The notes below the pieces were generated by a model. That model was not told where the DNA came from, did not search any database, and worked only from the letters and a program-made list of their open reading frames with translations. Of a DNA stretch of 64,000 nucleotides, positions 63,974 to 64,000 are shown piece by piece. The DNA comes from Microcoleus sp. (GTDB taxonomy: Bacteria; Cyanobacteriota; Cyanobacteriia; Cyanobacteriales; Microcoleaceae). Positions within the stretch are counted from its first letter, which is position 1. Every line of letters begins with the position of its first letter. A program made the position numbers and the translations under genes. The stretch covers positions 128,001-192,000 of the forward strand of contig JAYFMW010000003.1 of assembly GCA_042408215.1 (NCBI GenBank), in the 5' to 3' direction.

Positions 63974-64000
63974 TGCTAAGATATACAATTTATATCGCTG

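Overview
A chromosomal window from a filamentous cyanobacterium, inferred from abundant HIP1 GCGATCGC sites, STRR heptamer tracts and an Oscillatoriales/Microcoleus-like gene set. Housekeeping genes (mutS 5' part, purA, rplY, gap2, nadD, murC, murB, ybaB, pgi, dusB, argF) are interleaved with four accessory layers. (1) A ~20 kb TPR/glycosyltransferase/FkbM/gmd glycan cluster at 21-41 kb. (2) About nine IS200/IS605/IS607 (OMEGA) loci: an intact tnpB with a divergent 48-aa RHH gene, a frameshifted tnpB, a complete IS607, several ORF-less end-only elements and an orphan HEARO/IscB-type omega-RNA. (3) GTAG-type REP arrays with MITEs nested in them, and a 354-bp x4 tandem amplification of the tldD upstream region and 5' end. 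(4) A putative defence island at 56-64 kb. It holds an ABC-ATPase + PIN nuclease pair bounded exactly by CGATCG sites, an HsdR-like nuclease-ParA fusion coupled to a ParB-like/HhH protein and flanked by a 20-bp direct repeat, a Uma2 nuclease, and a truncated BsuBI/PstI-like endonuclease. Several single-base +1 frameshifts, including two in pgi, suggest consensus errors. All calls come from reading the sequence and motifs by eye; no searches were run.
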